This document shows positions 1 through 9,574 of a stretch of 37,917 bases of DNA, piece after piece. Position numbers and translations under genes: made by a program. How positions within the stretch are numbered: the stretch's first letter is position 1; the number at the start of each line of letters is the position of its first letter. This DNA is from Elusimicrobiota bacterium (GTDB lineage: Bacteria; Elusimicrobiota; Elusimicrobia; F11). Location of the stretch: contig JBJXGI010000066.1 in NCBI GenBank assembly GCA_046153645.1, positions 1 to 37,917 on the forward strand, written 5' to 3'. The notes below the pieces were generated by a model, which was not told the DNA's origin, searched no databases, and saw nothing but the letters and a program-made list of their open reading frames with translations.

Positions 1-100
1 CCTCAAACCGTGAGTCTTTTAATGCCAAAGCCAATATGCGACTGCCCATTCGGCCGTTAATCCCTGCTATTCCAAGTTTTAATCTTCTATTTTTCATCAT
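1..100 (-). CDS. dapB: 4-hydroxy-tetrahydrodipicolinate reductase, N-terminus only (runs off window)
   Basis: Not in the ORF track. Reverse strand reads MMKNRRLKLGIAGINGRMGSRILALALKDSRFE with the DapB GxxGRMG nucleotide-binding motif, downstream of dapA. Confidence 0.85.
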   Translation of the reverse strand, partial: MMKNRRLKLGIAGINGRMGSRILALALKDSRFE

Positions 101-104
101 AATC

Positions 105-497
105 CTAATAATTCAAATAATCTGAAACAATTTTAAAAACTCTTTCTGCGGTCTTAAACGCCAATTTAGCTTCATCTTTCATTGGCACCCCTTCTGCTAA
201 ACTCCCAGGCAAACTATCCGGGTAACGAGTGGGAATATAAAATTCATCTAATAATTTTAGATCTGTTTTCATATCACTAAGAGGTTCTTTTATTTCTTCA
301 CAATATTTTAACAGCTCTATAATCTTGTGCGATCGTGGATACTTCAGGTTTTTCGATATAATTAAAGCTTTTAAAGTTTTCTCAACAACTTGTTGACTCA
401 AAAAACAGACCTGAGAAAAATAATGTTCCTTTAACCCAATTCTCGCAAATCCTAAATCACTTTTGGCTTGCTCTAACCAGCGTTCATGCTGCTGCAT
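105..497 (-). CDS. HEPN domain protein (COG2250-like)
   Basis: WLEQAKSDL...CFLSQQVVEKTLKA...HKI...YIPTRYPD pattern; paired with the upstream MNT. Confidence 0.9.
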   Translation of the reverse strand: MQQHERWLEQAKSDLGFARIGLKEHYFSQVCFLSQQVVEKTLKALIISKNLKYPRSHKIIELLKYCEEIKEPLSDMKTDLKLLDEFYIPTRYPDSLPGSLAEGVPMKDEAKLAFKTAERVFKIVSDYLNY

Positions 498-819
498 GGT
501 ACAGAACTTTGCCCTTCAAAAGAATTTCATCTTTCAAAAAAGAATTTTGTTTTAATTCGTGCTTTAACTCTTGCGGTGTATAAACAAGAAAATCTATACC
601 AATATCATATTCACACAAACCAACAATTTCTCGAATCCGATCGAAATATTTTTTTTTCGTTTTTTTCACAATCAAAAGATCAATATCACTAAACGAGTGA
701 ATTTTCCCTGAGGCAAATGAACCAAAAAGTATGATTCTCTCCGGTTTATACTTTGTTGTTAAGTCTTTAAGAACTCTCTTTAAATTAATTTGCAACTCTT
801 TTTTCCGTTTATTATCCAT
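484..819 (-). CDS. Minimal nucleotidyltransferase (MNT)
   Basis: ILFGSFASG...SDIDLLIV motif, 111 aa; overlaps the dapA stop and the HEPN start. Confidence 0.9.
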   Translation of the reverse strand: MDNKRKKELQINLKRVLKDLTTKYKPERIILFGSFASGKIHSFSDIDLLIVKKTKKKYFDRIREIVGLCEYDIGIDFLVYTPQELKHELKQNSFLKDEILLKGKVLYHAAA

Positions 820-1696
820 TCTTAACCCCGAAGGTTTGCATTGCTAATTTTATTTTATCTTTGTTGTGAGATGATACTGCCACCAAGGGCAATCTCAAAG
901 AACTATCTTTAATGAGCCCTGCAATCTTCATGGCTGCTTTAACGGGGCCAGGGTTTGTTTCTAAAAAAAGCGCTTTCACCAATGGAAAAAGTTTCAAATG
1001 AAGCTCTGTGGCTCGTGGACTATTTCCAGAAAACCACGCCTGGCACAAAGCCTGTACTGTTTTAGGAACCAGATTGGCCGCCACCGAAATAACACCCGAC
1101 CCGCCAATGGAAAGAATAGGAAGAGTTAAAGAATCGTCTCCTGAAATAATCGTAAAGTCATTTCCTAAACGCGCTCGAATTTCAGAAGCGACGTCAATAT
1201 TCCCGGTAGACTCTTTGATGGCTTTAATATTTTTGTGTTTTTTTGCCAATGAAACAACCGTGTCTACTGTCAATTGGACGCCTGTTCTCGATGGAATATT
1301 ATAAAGAACAACCGGCAAACTCGTCGCCCTAGCAATGGCACCAAAGTGACTTTTCAAACCTTCCTGAGTGGGTCGGTTATAATAGGGATTAACAGATAAA
1401 ACTCCGTCGGCGCCCAATCTTTTGGCTTCTTTAGTTAAATCAACCGCTTCTCTGGTGGAGTTTGATCCGGCACCAGCGATAACAGGAATACGCCCATTAA
1501 CCGCTTTGACCACCACTTCAATGACACGTGCGTGTTCTTTGTGGGAGAGCGTCGCTGATTCTCCGGTTGTCCCCACAGGGACAATTCCTTTTGTCCCTTC
1601 AGAAATATGCCATTCAACCAATTCTTTTAATTTTGATTCATCTACTTTCCCATTTTTAAATGGTGTAATAAGAGCAACATAAGAACCTTTGAACAT
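812..1696 (-). CDS. dapA: 4-hydroxy-tetrahydrodipicolinate synthase
   Basis: ALITPF, GTTGES, LYNIPSRTG, IKES, SGDD, ETNPGPVK motifs. Confidence 0.97.
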   Translation of the reverse strand: MFKGSYVALITPFKNGKVDESKLKELVEWHISEGTKGIVPVGTTGESATLSHKEHARVIEVVVKAVNGRIPVIAGAGSNSTREAVDLTKEAKRLGADGVLSVNPYYNRPTQEGLKSHFGAIARATSLPVVLYNIPSRTGVQLTVDTVVSLAKKHKNIKAIKESTGNIDVASEIRARLGNDFTIISGDDSLTLPILSIGGSGVISVAANLVPKTVQALCQAWFSGNSPRATELHLKLFPLVKALFLETNPGPVKAAMKIAGLIKDSSLRLPLVAVSSHNKDKIKLAMQTFGVKNG

Positions 1697-1716
1697 AAGT
1701 TTTCACCTTTTGAAAA

Positions 1717-2565
1717 TTAAATTAAAAATTGTCCTGAATAAGTCGTTTGCGCGGGTCCACTTAAAAACACGTGGTTATTATTATCCCACCTAACAAATAA
1801 TACCCCTCCTGGAAGATGTATTTTTACATCACGAGCTGTTTTTCCTGCTCTGGCACTCGCCACTCCAATTGCGCAAGCCCCAGTTCCACAAGCCAGAGTT
1901 TCGCCGGCCCCTCTTTCCCATACGCGGGCTTTTATTTCTCGAGAATTAATAACCTGAACAAATTCTACGTTCACTCGATTTGGGAAAAAAGGATGCGTTT
2001 CAATACGGGGGCCTAGTTCCTTTACTGGAAATTGATCAACATTATGAACGAAAACAACACAATGAGGGTTACCCATAGAAACGCAGTGAACACGCACCTG
2101 CCCCTCCCGCTTAGGAGAAAGACTTGGGTGAGGAGGTAGTTTTAATAAATAATTTTTAATTTCTCCTGAAGCCTTCACAGGGATTTTTTTCCCCTCTAAA
2201 ATGGGCTCACCCATATCCACATCAATTTTTGATCCCTTGATACCAATAACTTTTGGTCCACCTTTCGTGTGAATAATAGAACCATTTTTTATTTTTTTTT
2301 GGCCTAATAAATAATAGGCCACTGCGCGAACCCCATTGCCACACATTTCAGCTTGAGAGCCATCAGAATTAAAAATAGTGAGATTGTGATTCAATAAATT
2401 TTTCCCTGGGTTTAACAAAAGCAATTGGTCACCACCAATACCAAAATGCCGATCCAATAACAATGTCGCCAATTTTGATGTTATTGGAATTTTGGACTCT
2501 TCTCTGGAAATAAAAACAAAATCATTTCCAGCGCCGTGCATTTTGATAAATGGAATTTTTTTCAT
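1717..2565 (-). CDS. dapF: Diaminopimelate epimerase
   Basis: KMHGAGNDF, EMCGNG, SMGNPHCV, VWERGAGETLACGTG. Confidence 0.97.
   Translation of the reverse strand: MKKIPFIKMHGAGNDFVFISREESKIPITSKLATLLLDRHFGIGGDQLLLLNPGKNLLNHNLTIFNSDGSQAEMCGNGVRAVAYYLLGQKKIKNGSIIHTKGGPKVIGIKGSKIDVDMGEPILEGKKIPVKASGEIKNYLLKLPPHPSLSPKREGQVRVHCVSMGNPHCVVFVHNVDQFPVKELGPRIETHPFFPNRVNVEFVQVINSREIKARVWERGAGETLACGTGACAIGVASARAGKTARDVKIHLPGGVLFVRWDNNNHVFLSGPAQTTYSGQFLI
2101..2136 (-). repeat. Degenerate CCCTCACCC...CTCTCCC-loop-GGGAGAGGG-type palindromic element, in frame inside dapF
   Basis: Minus strand cctcctcacccaagtctttctcctaagcgggagggg, translated PPHPSLSPKREG. Confidence 0.65.
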
Positions 2566-2567
2566 TT

Positions 2568-3833
2568 TTAAATTTTTAAATAAGAAGGAATACTTTCCCC
2601 TTTCACTAAATCGTCATAATTTTCGCGTTCATGAATTAAATGGGCTTGAGACCCTTGAACCAACACTTCAGCCGGCCGAGGGCGTGAGTTATATTGTGAA
2701 CTCATAGAAAACCCATAAGCGCCAGCTGTCATGACAGCCAATAACTCACCCTGATGCGGCATTAGAATTTTCCGCTCTTTGGCCAAATAATCACCGGATT
2801 CGCAAATTGGCCCAACAATGTCTGCAGTCACATAAGATCCATTTCTTTTTTGAACAGGCACAATCTCATGATAAGCGTCATATAAAGCTGGGCGTGCCAA
2901 ATCATTCATGGCGGCATCAACAATCACAAAATGTTTATTGGCCGCATTTTTTCGATAGAGCACTTTTGTTAAAAGAATCCCCGATTGAGCCACAATCGAG
3001 CGCCCTGGTTCAAGAAACAAAGTAAGCCCTGAATCTTTAAGCGCCGGTACTAAGATATCTGCCAAATTCTGAGGCGTATCGGGTTTTTCACCTTGGTAAT
3101 TAACGCCAAGACCACCACCCAAATCAATAATTTCTGGTTTAACTCCAATGCGCCTTAACTCATTTACCAAGTTCAGCAATACCGCTAAGGCCCTTTTATA
3201 GGGAGTTACTTCCGTAATTTGAGATCCGATATGTGATTGAATCCCCACAGGGTTTAAATATTTTTGTTTCTGTGCCCATTTGTAAAGCGGAAAAATGTTT
3301 TTATGATAAACGCCGAATTTGTTTTTTGGAGTACCTGTGCTAATGTGAGGGTGACCTCCAGCTCGAACATCAGGATTAACTCTTAAAGAAAAAGCCGCTG
3401 TTTTCTTAAGTGATTTAGACACCTCATCTAATGCTTTTAATTCTTCTTCAGATTCGACATTGATCATGCGGATATTCTTTTGAATGGCCAAACTTAGTTC
3501 TTCTTTTGTTTTTCCAACGCCAGAAAAAATAATCCGTCGAGGATCAAAACCAATTTGAAAAGCTCTTTTAAGTTCGCCGCCAGAAACAATATCAACCCCG
3601 CCCCCATTTTTATTCAAAAGAGCCCCTAAAGCGAGGCTTGAATTGGCTTTCATTGAATAACAAATCAAATGAGGTAAAGACTCAAAGGCTGATGTATAAG
3701 AACGGAAAGAAGCAAGAATGGTTGAGCCAGAATAAACATAAAGGGGAGTCCCATATTTTTTGGCCAAAGCAGCCAAAGAAACGCCTTCAATAAAAAAACC
3801 GTTATTCCGATAGGAATAAAATTGTGACTTCAC
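2568..3833 (-). CDS. lysA: Diaminopimelate decarboxylase
   Basis: GTPLYVY, YSMKAN (PLP lysine), HIGSQI, EPGRSIV, GPICESGD, GAYGFSMSSQYNSRPRP. Confidence 0.97.
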   Translation of the reverse strand: MKSQFYSYRNNGFFIEGVSLAALAKKYGTPLYVYSGSTILASFRSYTSAFESLPHLICYSMKANSSLALGALLNKNGGGVDIVSGGELKRAFQIGFDPRRIIFSGVGKTKEELSLAIQKNIRMINVESEEELKALDEVSKSLKKTAAFSLRVNPDVRAGGHPHISTGTPKNKFGVYHKNIFPLYKWAQKQKYLNPVGIQSHIGSQITEVTPYKRALAVLLNLVNELRRIGVKPEIIDLGGGLGVNYQGEKPDTPQNLADILVPALKDSGLTLFLEPGRSIVAQSGILLTKVLYRKNAANKHFVIVDAAMNDLARPALYDAYHEIVPVQKRNGSYVTADIVGPICESGDYLAKERKILMPHQGELLAVMTAGAYGFSMSSQYNSRPRPAEVLVQGSQAHLIHERENYDDLVKGESIPSYLKI

Positions 3834-3843
3834 TGGAAAAACC

Positions 3844-4626
3844 TCACTTTTGTGTGTTAACGATAGATTGGATGAGAGACGGAGAAGGGTCTTTCAACAG
3901 GGATAATTCAACCAAATTTTCATAAAAAAGGGTGGTTTTGTTATCAATTTTTCTTTGTTTTAATAACTCGAGCCCTTGATGGGCCCGCTTGAAATCCTGA
4001 GCTAAACAGCCCAAATAGATGAAATGAGTTACTTCTTGATCATTCATATCAGTGATTAAAAAGGATTCCCACTCTCTTAAGGCCGCCGAATACTGACCAC
4101 GCCCTTCCAAGTAATAAGCGTTTTCTTTATGCCATTCAACCTTTGAATCCTTATGATTTTCAGATATTTTCAGAAAATAAGCCCCTTCAGAATATAGTTT
4201 TAACTTACGGTAAATCCGGGCTATGGCCAAATCGATGTTCCCCTCATTCTCACGGAGTTCTCGCGACCTCTTATAAGATTTAAGCGCTTCAAAAAAAATT
4301 CCTGATTTTTCATATAAATTTCCTAAATCACGATGCCTTTTCCAGTTGCGCGGATCATAATCAAGTGCTTGTTCATAGGATTGAATGGCTTTATCAAGAA
4401 CGCCTAGAGATTCATAGCTTTTACCTAAATACAAATAAATATGTTTTCTCATCTCAGAGCTTGTCTCTAAATGGAGCGAATTTTCATATTGAGCAATGGC
4501 AGTTTGATATTGACCTTGTTTATAACTTTGATAAGCCTGATGAGAAAGCAAAAGAGCCTCTTTTCTTTGAGAGCCAAAACAGGGCATACAAAAACCAATG
4601 AAAATAAGAAATAAAATTTTCTTCAT
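3844..4626 (-). CDS. Exported TPR-repeat protein
   Basis: N-terminal hydrophobic signal; TPR motifs such as YLYLGKSYESLG...AIQSYEQALDYDP. Confidence 0.8.
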   Translation of the reverse strand: MKKILFLIFIGFCMPCFGSQRKEALLLSHQAYQSYKQGQYQTAIAQYENSLHLETSSEMRKHIYLYLGKSYESLGVLDKAIQSYEQALDYDPRNWKRHRDLGNLYEKSGIFFEALKSYKRSRELRENEGNIDLAIARIYRKLKLYSEGAYFLKISENHKDSKVEWHKENAYYLEGRGQYSAALREWESFLITDMNDQEVTHFIYLGCLAQDFKRAHQGLELLKQRKIDNKTTLFYENLVELSLLKDPSPSLIQSIVNTQK

Positions 4627-5582
4627 GATTTTCGGCTCAAATAATTTCGTATGACAGCTTTTTTAATATCCAAAGTCATTTTTCGTGCGGCCAGTGTTCC
4701 CATACGAATAAGATCAGCTGACTTATTCAAATCAACAATTCGAATATTTTCGATAGGGGGTTCAATCATGACATCCGCCGTTCTTTTTTTATTAGAAAGA
4801 ATAACGTCTTTCTGAATATCAATAGACCGAATAAGCGAACCAAAAATAGAAGTCGGTTCTACGGCATTATTATTTGTTATGGGCAAAACACCAACGACAA
4901 CGTCCCAATCTTTTTGAGGAAGTGCGATATCTGTTGGCAAATTATCCACCAAACCACCATCAACGAGTAAACGTTGACGATATTGAACGGGCTTAAAAAG
5001 AGCAGGAATGGTGGCACTGGCCCGTGCCGCAATCGCCACGGGTCCTTCTTTAAACACAATTTTTTCACCGGTGCGAATGTCTGTTGCCACACAGGAAAAT
5101 GGAATTTCTAACTCAGAAAAAAACTTATTTCCAATATGTTTTTTTAAATAAGCTTCCATGGGTGCAGTAGAAAGAAGTTCTTCGGTTAAGAGCATTCGCA
5201 TAAAAGAAGCTTTGGAATAATCTGTTAATTTATTCCATCCAATATCATTGGCCATCGTCTCAATTTCATTGACAGGCAAACCAGCCGCATACAGAGAACC
5301 AATTAATGAACCAACGGAAACCCCACTTATTTCATCAATAAAGATTCCTTCTTCTTCAAAAACTCGAATAACACCAATATGCGCCAACCCTCTGGCTCCA
5401 CCGCCCCCTAAAACCAGAATAATCCGCGGCCTTTCATTGATGGGCAGCTTTTTTATGTAATTCCAATAAACATTGACTTGCATTTCTTCGGCAGAAATAT
5501 TTTCAGGTATAACAGAAGGGCTTTGAGAAAACAGCGAAAAAGGAATGATAAGAGAGAGGAAAAAAAGTAAAAAATTTTTCAT
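4623..5582 (-). CDS. Patatin-like phospholipase with signal peptide
   Basis: LGGGGARGLAHIGV, GVSVG (catalytic Ser), VDGG. Start taken at MKNFLL, with ATGA overlap with the tolC stop. Confidence 0.9.
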   Translation of the reverse strand: MKNFLLFFLSLIIPFSLFSQSPSVIPENISAEEMQVNVYWNYIKKLPINERPRIILVLGGGGARGLAHIGVIRVFEEEGIFIDEISGVSVGSLIGSLYAAGLPVNEIETMANDIGWNKLTDYSKASFMRMLLTEELLSTAPMEAYLKKHIGNKFFSELEIPFSCVATDIRTGEKIVFKEGPVAIAARASATIPALFKPVQYRQRLLVDGGLVDNLPTDIALPQKDWDVVVGVLPITNNNAVEPTSIFGSLIRSIDIQKDVILSNKKRTADVMIEPPIENIRIVDLNKSADLIRMGTLAARKMTLDIKKAVIRNYLSRKS

Positions 5583-6901
5583 TCGCCGATTGATTTCCCG
5601 ATTGACTTGGATAATCGACATTCAGCCAACGCATGTTCTAATTGAGCAGAAATCAGTGATAAACGAGCGTCAATGAGCCAAGTTAAAAAATCAACTCGCT
5701 GATCCAAAGAGTATTTAGAGTGTTGACTAACCAAATAACTTCTACGTGAGGTTTCAAGATCTTCTAATTCAATGCGTCTTACATTTGTTTCATTTCGCCA
5801 ATAAGCGGCTTGAGAAAAAGTAGTCCGCACTTCCATTTCCACTTGATCTTCTAATTGAACCCGTTGAAGACGTCCTTGTTCGGCTCGGTGGCGACTCTCG
5901 CGAATTCGAGCTCGACTTGAAAAACCATCAAAAATAGGAATATTCATGCTAAGCGCCGTATTCCAATTGGTTTCCTCTAAAGTTAAATCTTTATCTCGAA
6001 CTTCAACGCCACCGCCTAATAAAAATGTCGGATACCGCTCAGAAAGGGAAAGTTGAATCGACAATTGATTGGCCTCTTGTTGTATTAAACTCTCTTTTAA
6101 TTCATTTCTATTTTGTTTGGCCCAAACCAACGCGGTTTGTAGATTTTCAATAACCGGTTTTCGATTAAAATCCCCTTCTACTTCAATTTCTGAAAATAGT
6201 TCGACACCCATAGCGCGAAGATAATCTAATTTTGCATTTTGTTTTTTTTGCCGAATATCAGCTAATTTTTGTCTAAAATTCGCACGGTACCCTGACATGA
6301 TAAATTTTTTATGCCCCTGATTGGGATAACCCACCACTCGCACCAAATCCAACAAACCCTCTTGAAGCGTCTTCTCCATTTGTGCGTGCGCTAACAATCT
6401 ATAAAACGCATCCGCAGTTTCAAATTCAACATCTCTTTGTGTTGAAATAAATTTACTTTCGGCTCTTTGAATATTGGCTTTAGAGAGGCGGTAAGTTGTG
6501 TTTAATTTTCCGCCGGCATATAAAGTTTGGATAAATCCGACCCGTCCCAAATAAAGATTTTCAGAGAGCGGATTGGCGCGCGTGGTTGACCGTGTAGGAA
6601 TAGGCGCTTCTAAAACAACATTTCCCAATTCAGGATAAGTATTGCCCAATGTCTCATGACGATATCGAACATAATCCATCCATAAATTTACTTTGGGATA
6701 AAAAAGCGAGCGAGCTTGGCGCAATTGCTCTTTGGCAATCATGGACTCTTTCTTGGCTAATAAAAGTCGCGGATTATCATTTGAAGCTCTTTGAATGCTG
6801 GATTTAAGATCAAGAATTTCAGGTGTTGATTTACTGACAATCGGTTGGGCAAAAACAGGAAAACTAAAAACAATTAAAATCAACCCTAAGTGAAAACCCA
6901 T
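5579..6901 (-). CDS. TolC-family outer-membrane efflux protein
   Basis: Signal peptide; repeated OEP halves (ARSLFYPKVNL, QTLYAGG, NIPIFDGF). ATG at 6901 preceded by GAGGGG SD. Confidence 0.8.
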   Translation of the reverse strand: MGFHLGLILIVFSFPVFAQPIVSKSTPEILDLKSSIQRASNDNPRLLLAKKESMIAKEQLRQARSLFYPKVNLWMDYVRYRHETLGNTYPELGNVVLEAPIPTRSTTRANPLSENLYLGRVGFIQTLYAGGKLNTTYRLSKANIQRAESKFISTQRDVEFETADAFYRLLAHAQMEKTLQEGLLDLVRVVGYPNQGHKKFIMSGYRANFRQKLADIRQKKQNAKLDYLRAMGVELFSEIEVEGDFNRKPVIENLQTALVWAKQNRNELKESLIQQEANQLSIQLSLSERYPTFLLGGGVEVRDKDLTLEETNWNTALSMNIPIFDGFSSRARIRESRHRAEQGRLQRVQLEDQVEMEVRTTFSQAAYWRNETNVRRIELEDLETSRRSYLVSQHSKYSLDQRVDFLTWLIDARLSLISAQLEHALAECRLSKSIGKSIGE

Positions 6902-6908
6902 AAAAAGT

Positions 6909-6934
6909 CCCCTCAACCTAATCCTCTAGAGGGA
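6909..6934 (+). repeat. Second, internally deleted copy of the CCCCTCACCCTAACCCTCT...GAGGGA element at the argH 3' end
   Basis: cccctcaacctaatcctctagaggga; the opposite strand encodes the argH terminus PSRGLG-stop. Confidence 0.5.
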
Positions 6935-8265
6935 ATTTTCTTTTTTAATTTAGAAATTTGAATTTGCACACTTTTCGGAGAGGTTCCTCCATAAGAGGTT
7001 TTAAATTGAACAACTTTGCTGGGATCTAAAATATCCAAGGCCTTTTTATCAAAATGAGGGTGAAATTCTTGTAAATCGACCAGGGAAAGTTGATGAAGTT
7101 TCATGCCCCTGGTTTCACAATGATCCACTATTTTTCGAACAATGCCATGAGCGGTTCTAAAAGGAACGCCTTTAACAGCTAAAAAATCCGCCAATTCGGT
7201 TGCGGACAAAAAACCCTCTTCACACCAAAGGAGCATTTTCTCTCGATTGACTTTCATGGTTTCAACCATGGGCGCCATGACAGATAAACAACCTGTTATG
7301 GTATCAACCGCGTCAAACAACGGCGGCTTATCTTCCTGAAGATCTCGGTTATAGGCCAAAGGAAGTCCTTTCATAATAGTCAAAAGAGCGATTAAAGATC
7401 CATAAACTCGTCCGGTTTCTCCCCGAATAATTTCGGCCACATCTGGATTTCGTTTTTGAGGCATAATGGAAGAACCGGAAGTAAATTCTTCAGCTATTCG
7501 CACAAATCCAAACTCAGCACTCGACCAAATAATAAGCTCTTCGGCCAACCGAGACAAGTTGGACATAAGAATAGCGGCATGAGAAATAAATTCAACAGCG
7601 ATATCACGCGAAGCCGTCGCATCAATCGAATTTTCACTTAAACCTTTAAATCCCAATAATTTTGCGACATAAACCCGATCAATGGGAAAAGAAGTTCCCG
7701 CTAAAGCTGCCGAACCCAACGGTAAATAATCAAAACGTTTTTTAGTATCACAAAAACGCGATTGATCTCGCTCTAACATCCACGCATAGGCCAAAATATG
7801 ATGTGAAAATAAAACAGGTTGAGCGTGCTGGAGATGCGTAAACCCTGGCATCACCACGGTTTTATTTTTTTCGGCTATCATAACTATCGATTTCTGAAGC
7901 CGTTTTATTTCACCAACAACAATATCAATATGGTTTCTCAAATAAAGAAAAAGATCGGTAATCACTTGATCATTTCGACTTCGGGCCGTATGTAACATTC
8001 CCCCTACTTCTCCAATGCGGGAAATAAGTTCTTTTTCAACAGCAAAATGGATATCTTCATGATAGGGAATTTGTTTGCCTTGGCTCAAATCTCTCAGAAT
8101 TGAATTTAAACCTTTAATTATTTTATCTTTGGCTTTAGAAGGAATAATTCGCTGCCGAGCCAACATCGTCGCGTGCGCGATCGACCCTTGAATATCATAA
8201 GGGGCCAGCCGAGTATCATAAGAAAAAGAAGCAATAAAATTCTGAGGGTCTAAAACTTTTCTCAC
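6913..8265 (-). CDS. argH: Argininosuccinate lyase
   Basis: HTARSRNDQV, MPGFTHLQHAQP, GSSIMPQKRNPD, YNRDLQEDK. Confidence 0.97.
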   Translation of the reverse strand: MRKVLDPQNFIASFSYDTRLAPYDIQGSIAHATMLARQRIIPSKAKDKIIKGLNSILRDLSQGKQIPYHEDIHFAVEKELISRIGEVGGMLHTARSRNDQVITDLFLYLRNHIDIVVGEIKRLQKSIVMIAEKNKTVVMPGFTHLQHAQPVLFSHHILAYAWMLERDQSRFCDTKKRFDYLPLGSAALAGTSFPIDRVYVAKLLGFKGLSENSIDATASRDIAVEFISHAAILMSNLSRLAEELIIWSSAEFGFVRIAEEFTSGSSIMPQKRNPDVAEIIRGETGRVYGSLIALLTIMKGLPLAYNRDLQEDKPPLFDAVDTITGCLSVMAPMVETMKVNREKMLLWCEEGFLSATELADFLAVKGVPFRTAHGIVRKIVDHCETRGMKLHQLSLVDLQEFHPHFDKKALDILDPSKVVQFKTSYGGTSPKSVQIQISKLKKKIPSRGLG

Positions 8266-9476
8266 GACTTCCGTCTCAAAAGAGCTTGCATTTTTAATGG
8301 AAGGCCAAACAAGTTGATGAAACCTGTCGCATCAGCCTGGTTATAAAACGCGTCCGCCTCAAAAGTAACCCAATCTTTGGCATAAAGAGATTTTTCACAC
8401 TTCCTAGCCAAGACAATAACGTTTCCTTTATATAGTTTTAGCTTTATTGCGCCTGTGACATAGGTTTGGGTACTTTCAATAAATTTCTGCAAGGACTCCC
8501 GAAGAGGAGTAAACCATTGCCCGTTGTAAGTCATTTCTCCAAATTTTGGCCCAATTAACTCTTTTTGGTGAAGCGTTTCTCTATCCAACGCGAGAGATTC
8601 AAGTTCCCGATGAGCAGCATAAAGAATGGTTGCCGCAGGACATTCATATATTCCTCTTGATTTAAGCCCCACCAAACGGTTTTCAACCATGTCGACTCGA
8701 CCAATTGAATTTCTCCCACCAAGTTCATTTAAACGAACCACCAGAGAAACAGGTGACATGTTTTTTCCGTTTAATTTAACTGGGATTCCTTTTTCAAAAC
8801 CAATGTCAACCACGTCTCCTTTTGCAGAAGCTTTTTCAGGGCTCACAGTCCATTCATACACATCTTCTGGAACTGCTTTATCCAATTCCTCTAAAATCCC
8901 CCCTTCATGAGAAATATGCCAGAGATTTGCGTCACTAGAATAAGGTTTCTTCTTCGAAACAGGAATTGGAATTCCATGCCGAGCAGCGTAATTGATTAAA
9001 TCTTCTCGTCCTTTAAAATCCCAGGTTCTCCAAGGAGCAATAATCTGCAAATCAGGAGCCAAGGCTTTAAAAGTTAATTCAAATCGAACCTGATCATTTC
9101 CTTTACCAGTAGAACCATGACATACCGCATCGGCTTTGACCTTACGAGCCACTTCGACAATTTTCTGAGCAATAAGAGGCCGAGCCAGAGAGGTCCCCAA
9201 AAGGTATTTATGTTCATAGGTCGCATGAGCTTGTAAAGCAGGCCAAAGATAATCCGTCACATACTGGCTTTGAACATCGGGGGCAAAATAAGCGCAAGCA
9301 CCTGTTCGAAAGGCCTTCGCACGAATTGCTTTTGTATCTTCTTTTTGACCTAAATTAATATAACAGGCAACAACATCTGCCCCATAATGCTCTTTAAGCC
9401 AAGTGAGAATAACAGAGGTATCAAGCCCTCCAGAATAAGCTAAAACAATTTTCTTTGGTTTTTTTTCGTAGTGCAT
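8262..9476 (-). CDS. argG: Argininosuccinate synthase
   Basis: LAYSGGLDTS, HGSTGKGNDQVRFE, ENRLVGLKSRGIYE. Confidence 0.97.
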   Translation of the reverse strand: MHYEKKPKKIVLAYSGGLDTSVILTWLKEHYGADVVACYINLGQKEDTKAIRAKAFRTGACAYFAPDVQSQYVTDYLWPALQAHATYEHKYLLGTSLARPLIAQKIVEVARKVKADAVCHGSTGKGNDQVRFELTFKALAPDLQIIAPWRTWDFKGREDLINYAARHGIPIPVSKKKPYSSDANLWHISHEGGILEELDKAVPEDVYEWTVSPEKASAKGDVVDIGFEKGIPVKLNGKNMSPVSLVVRLNELGGRNSIGRVDMVENRLVGLKSRGIYECPAATILYAAHRELESLALDRETLHQKELIGPKFGEMTYNGQWFTPLRESLQKFIESTQTYVTGAIKLKLYKGNVIVLARKCEKSLYAKDWVTFEADAFYNQADATGFINLFGLPLKMQALLRRKS

Positions 9477-9557
9477 AAGTCCTCGGTAAAAAAGTGTGAT
9501 TTAGAGTGAAAAGACGATATCAATTTTTTTAGACAATCGAAACAGGAATGAAATGAG

Positions 9558-9563
9558 TATAAT
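9558..9563 (+). promoter_or_regulatory. Perfect -10 hexamer (TATAAT) 11 nt upstream of the 9575 ATG
   Basis: TATAAT in the divergent argG/oxidoreductase spacer; no good -35 at 17 bp. Confidence 0.35.
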
Positions 9564-9574
9564 CCTGACCGGTT

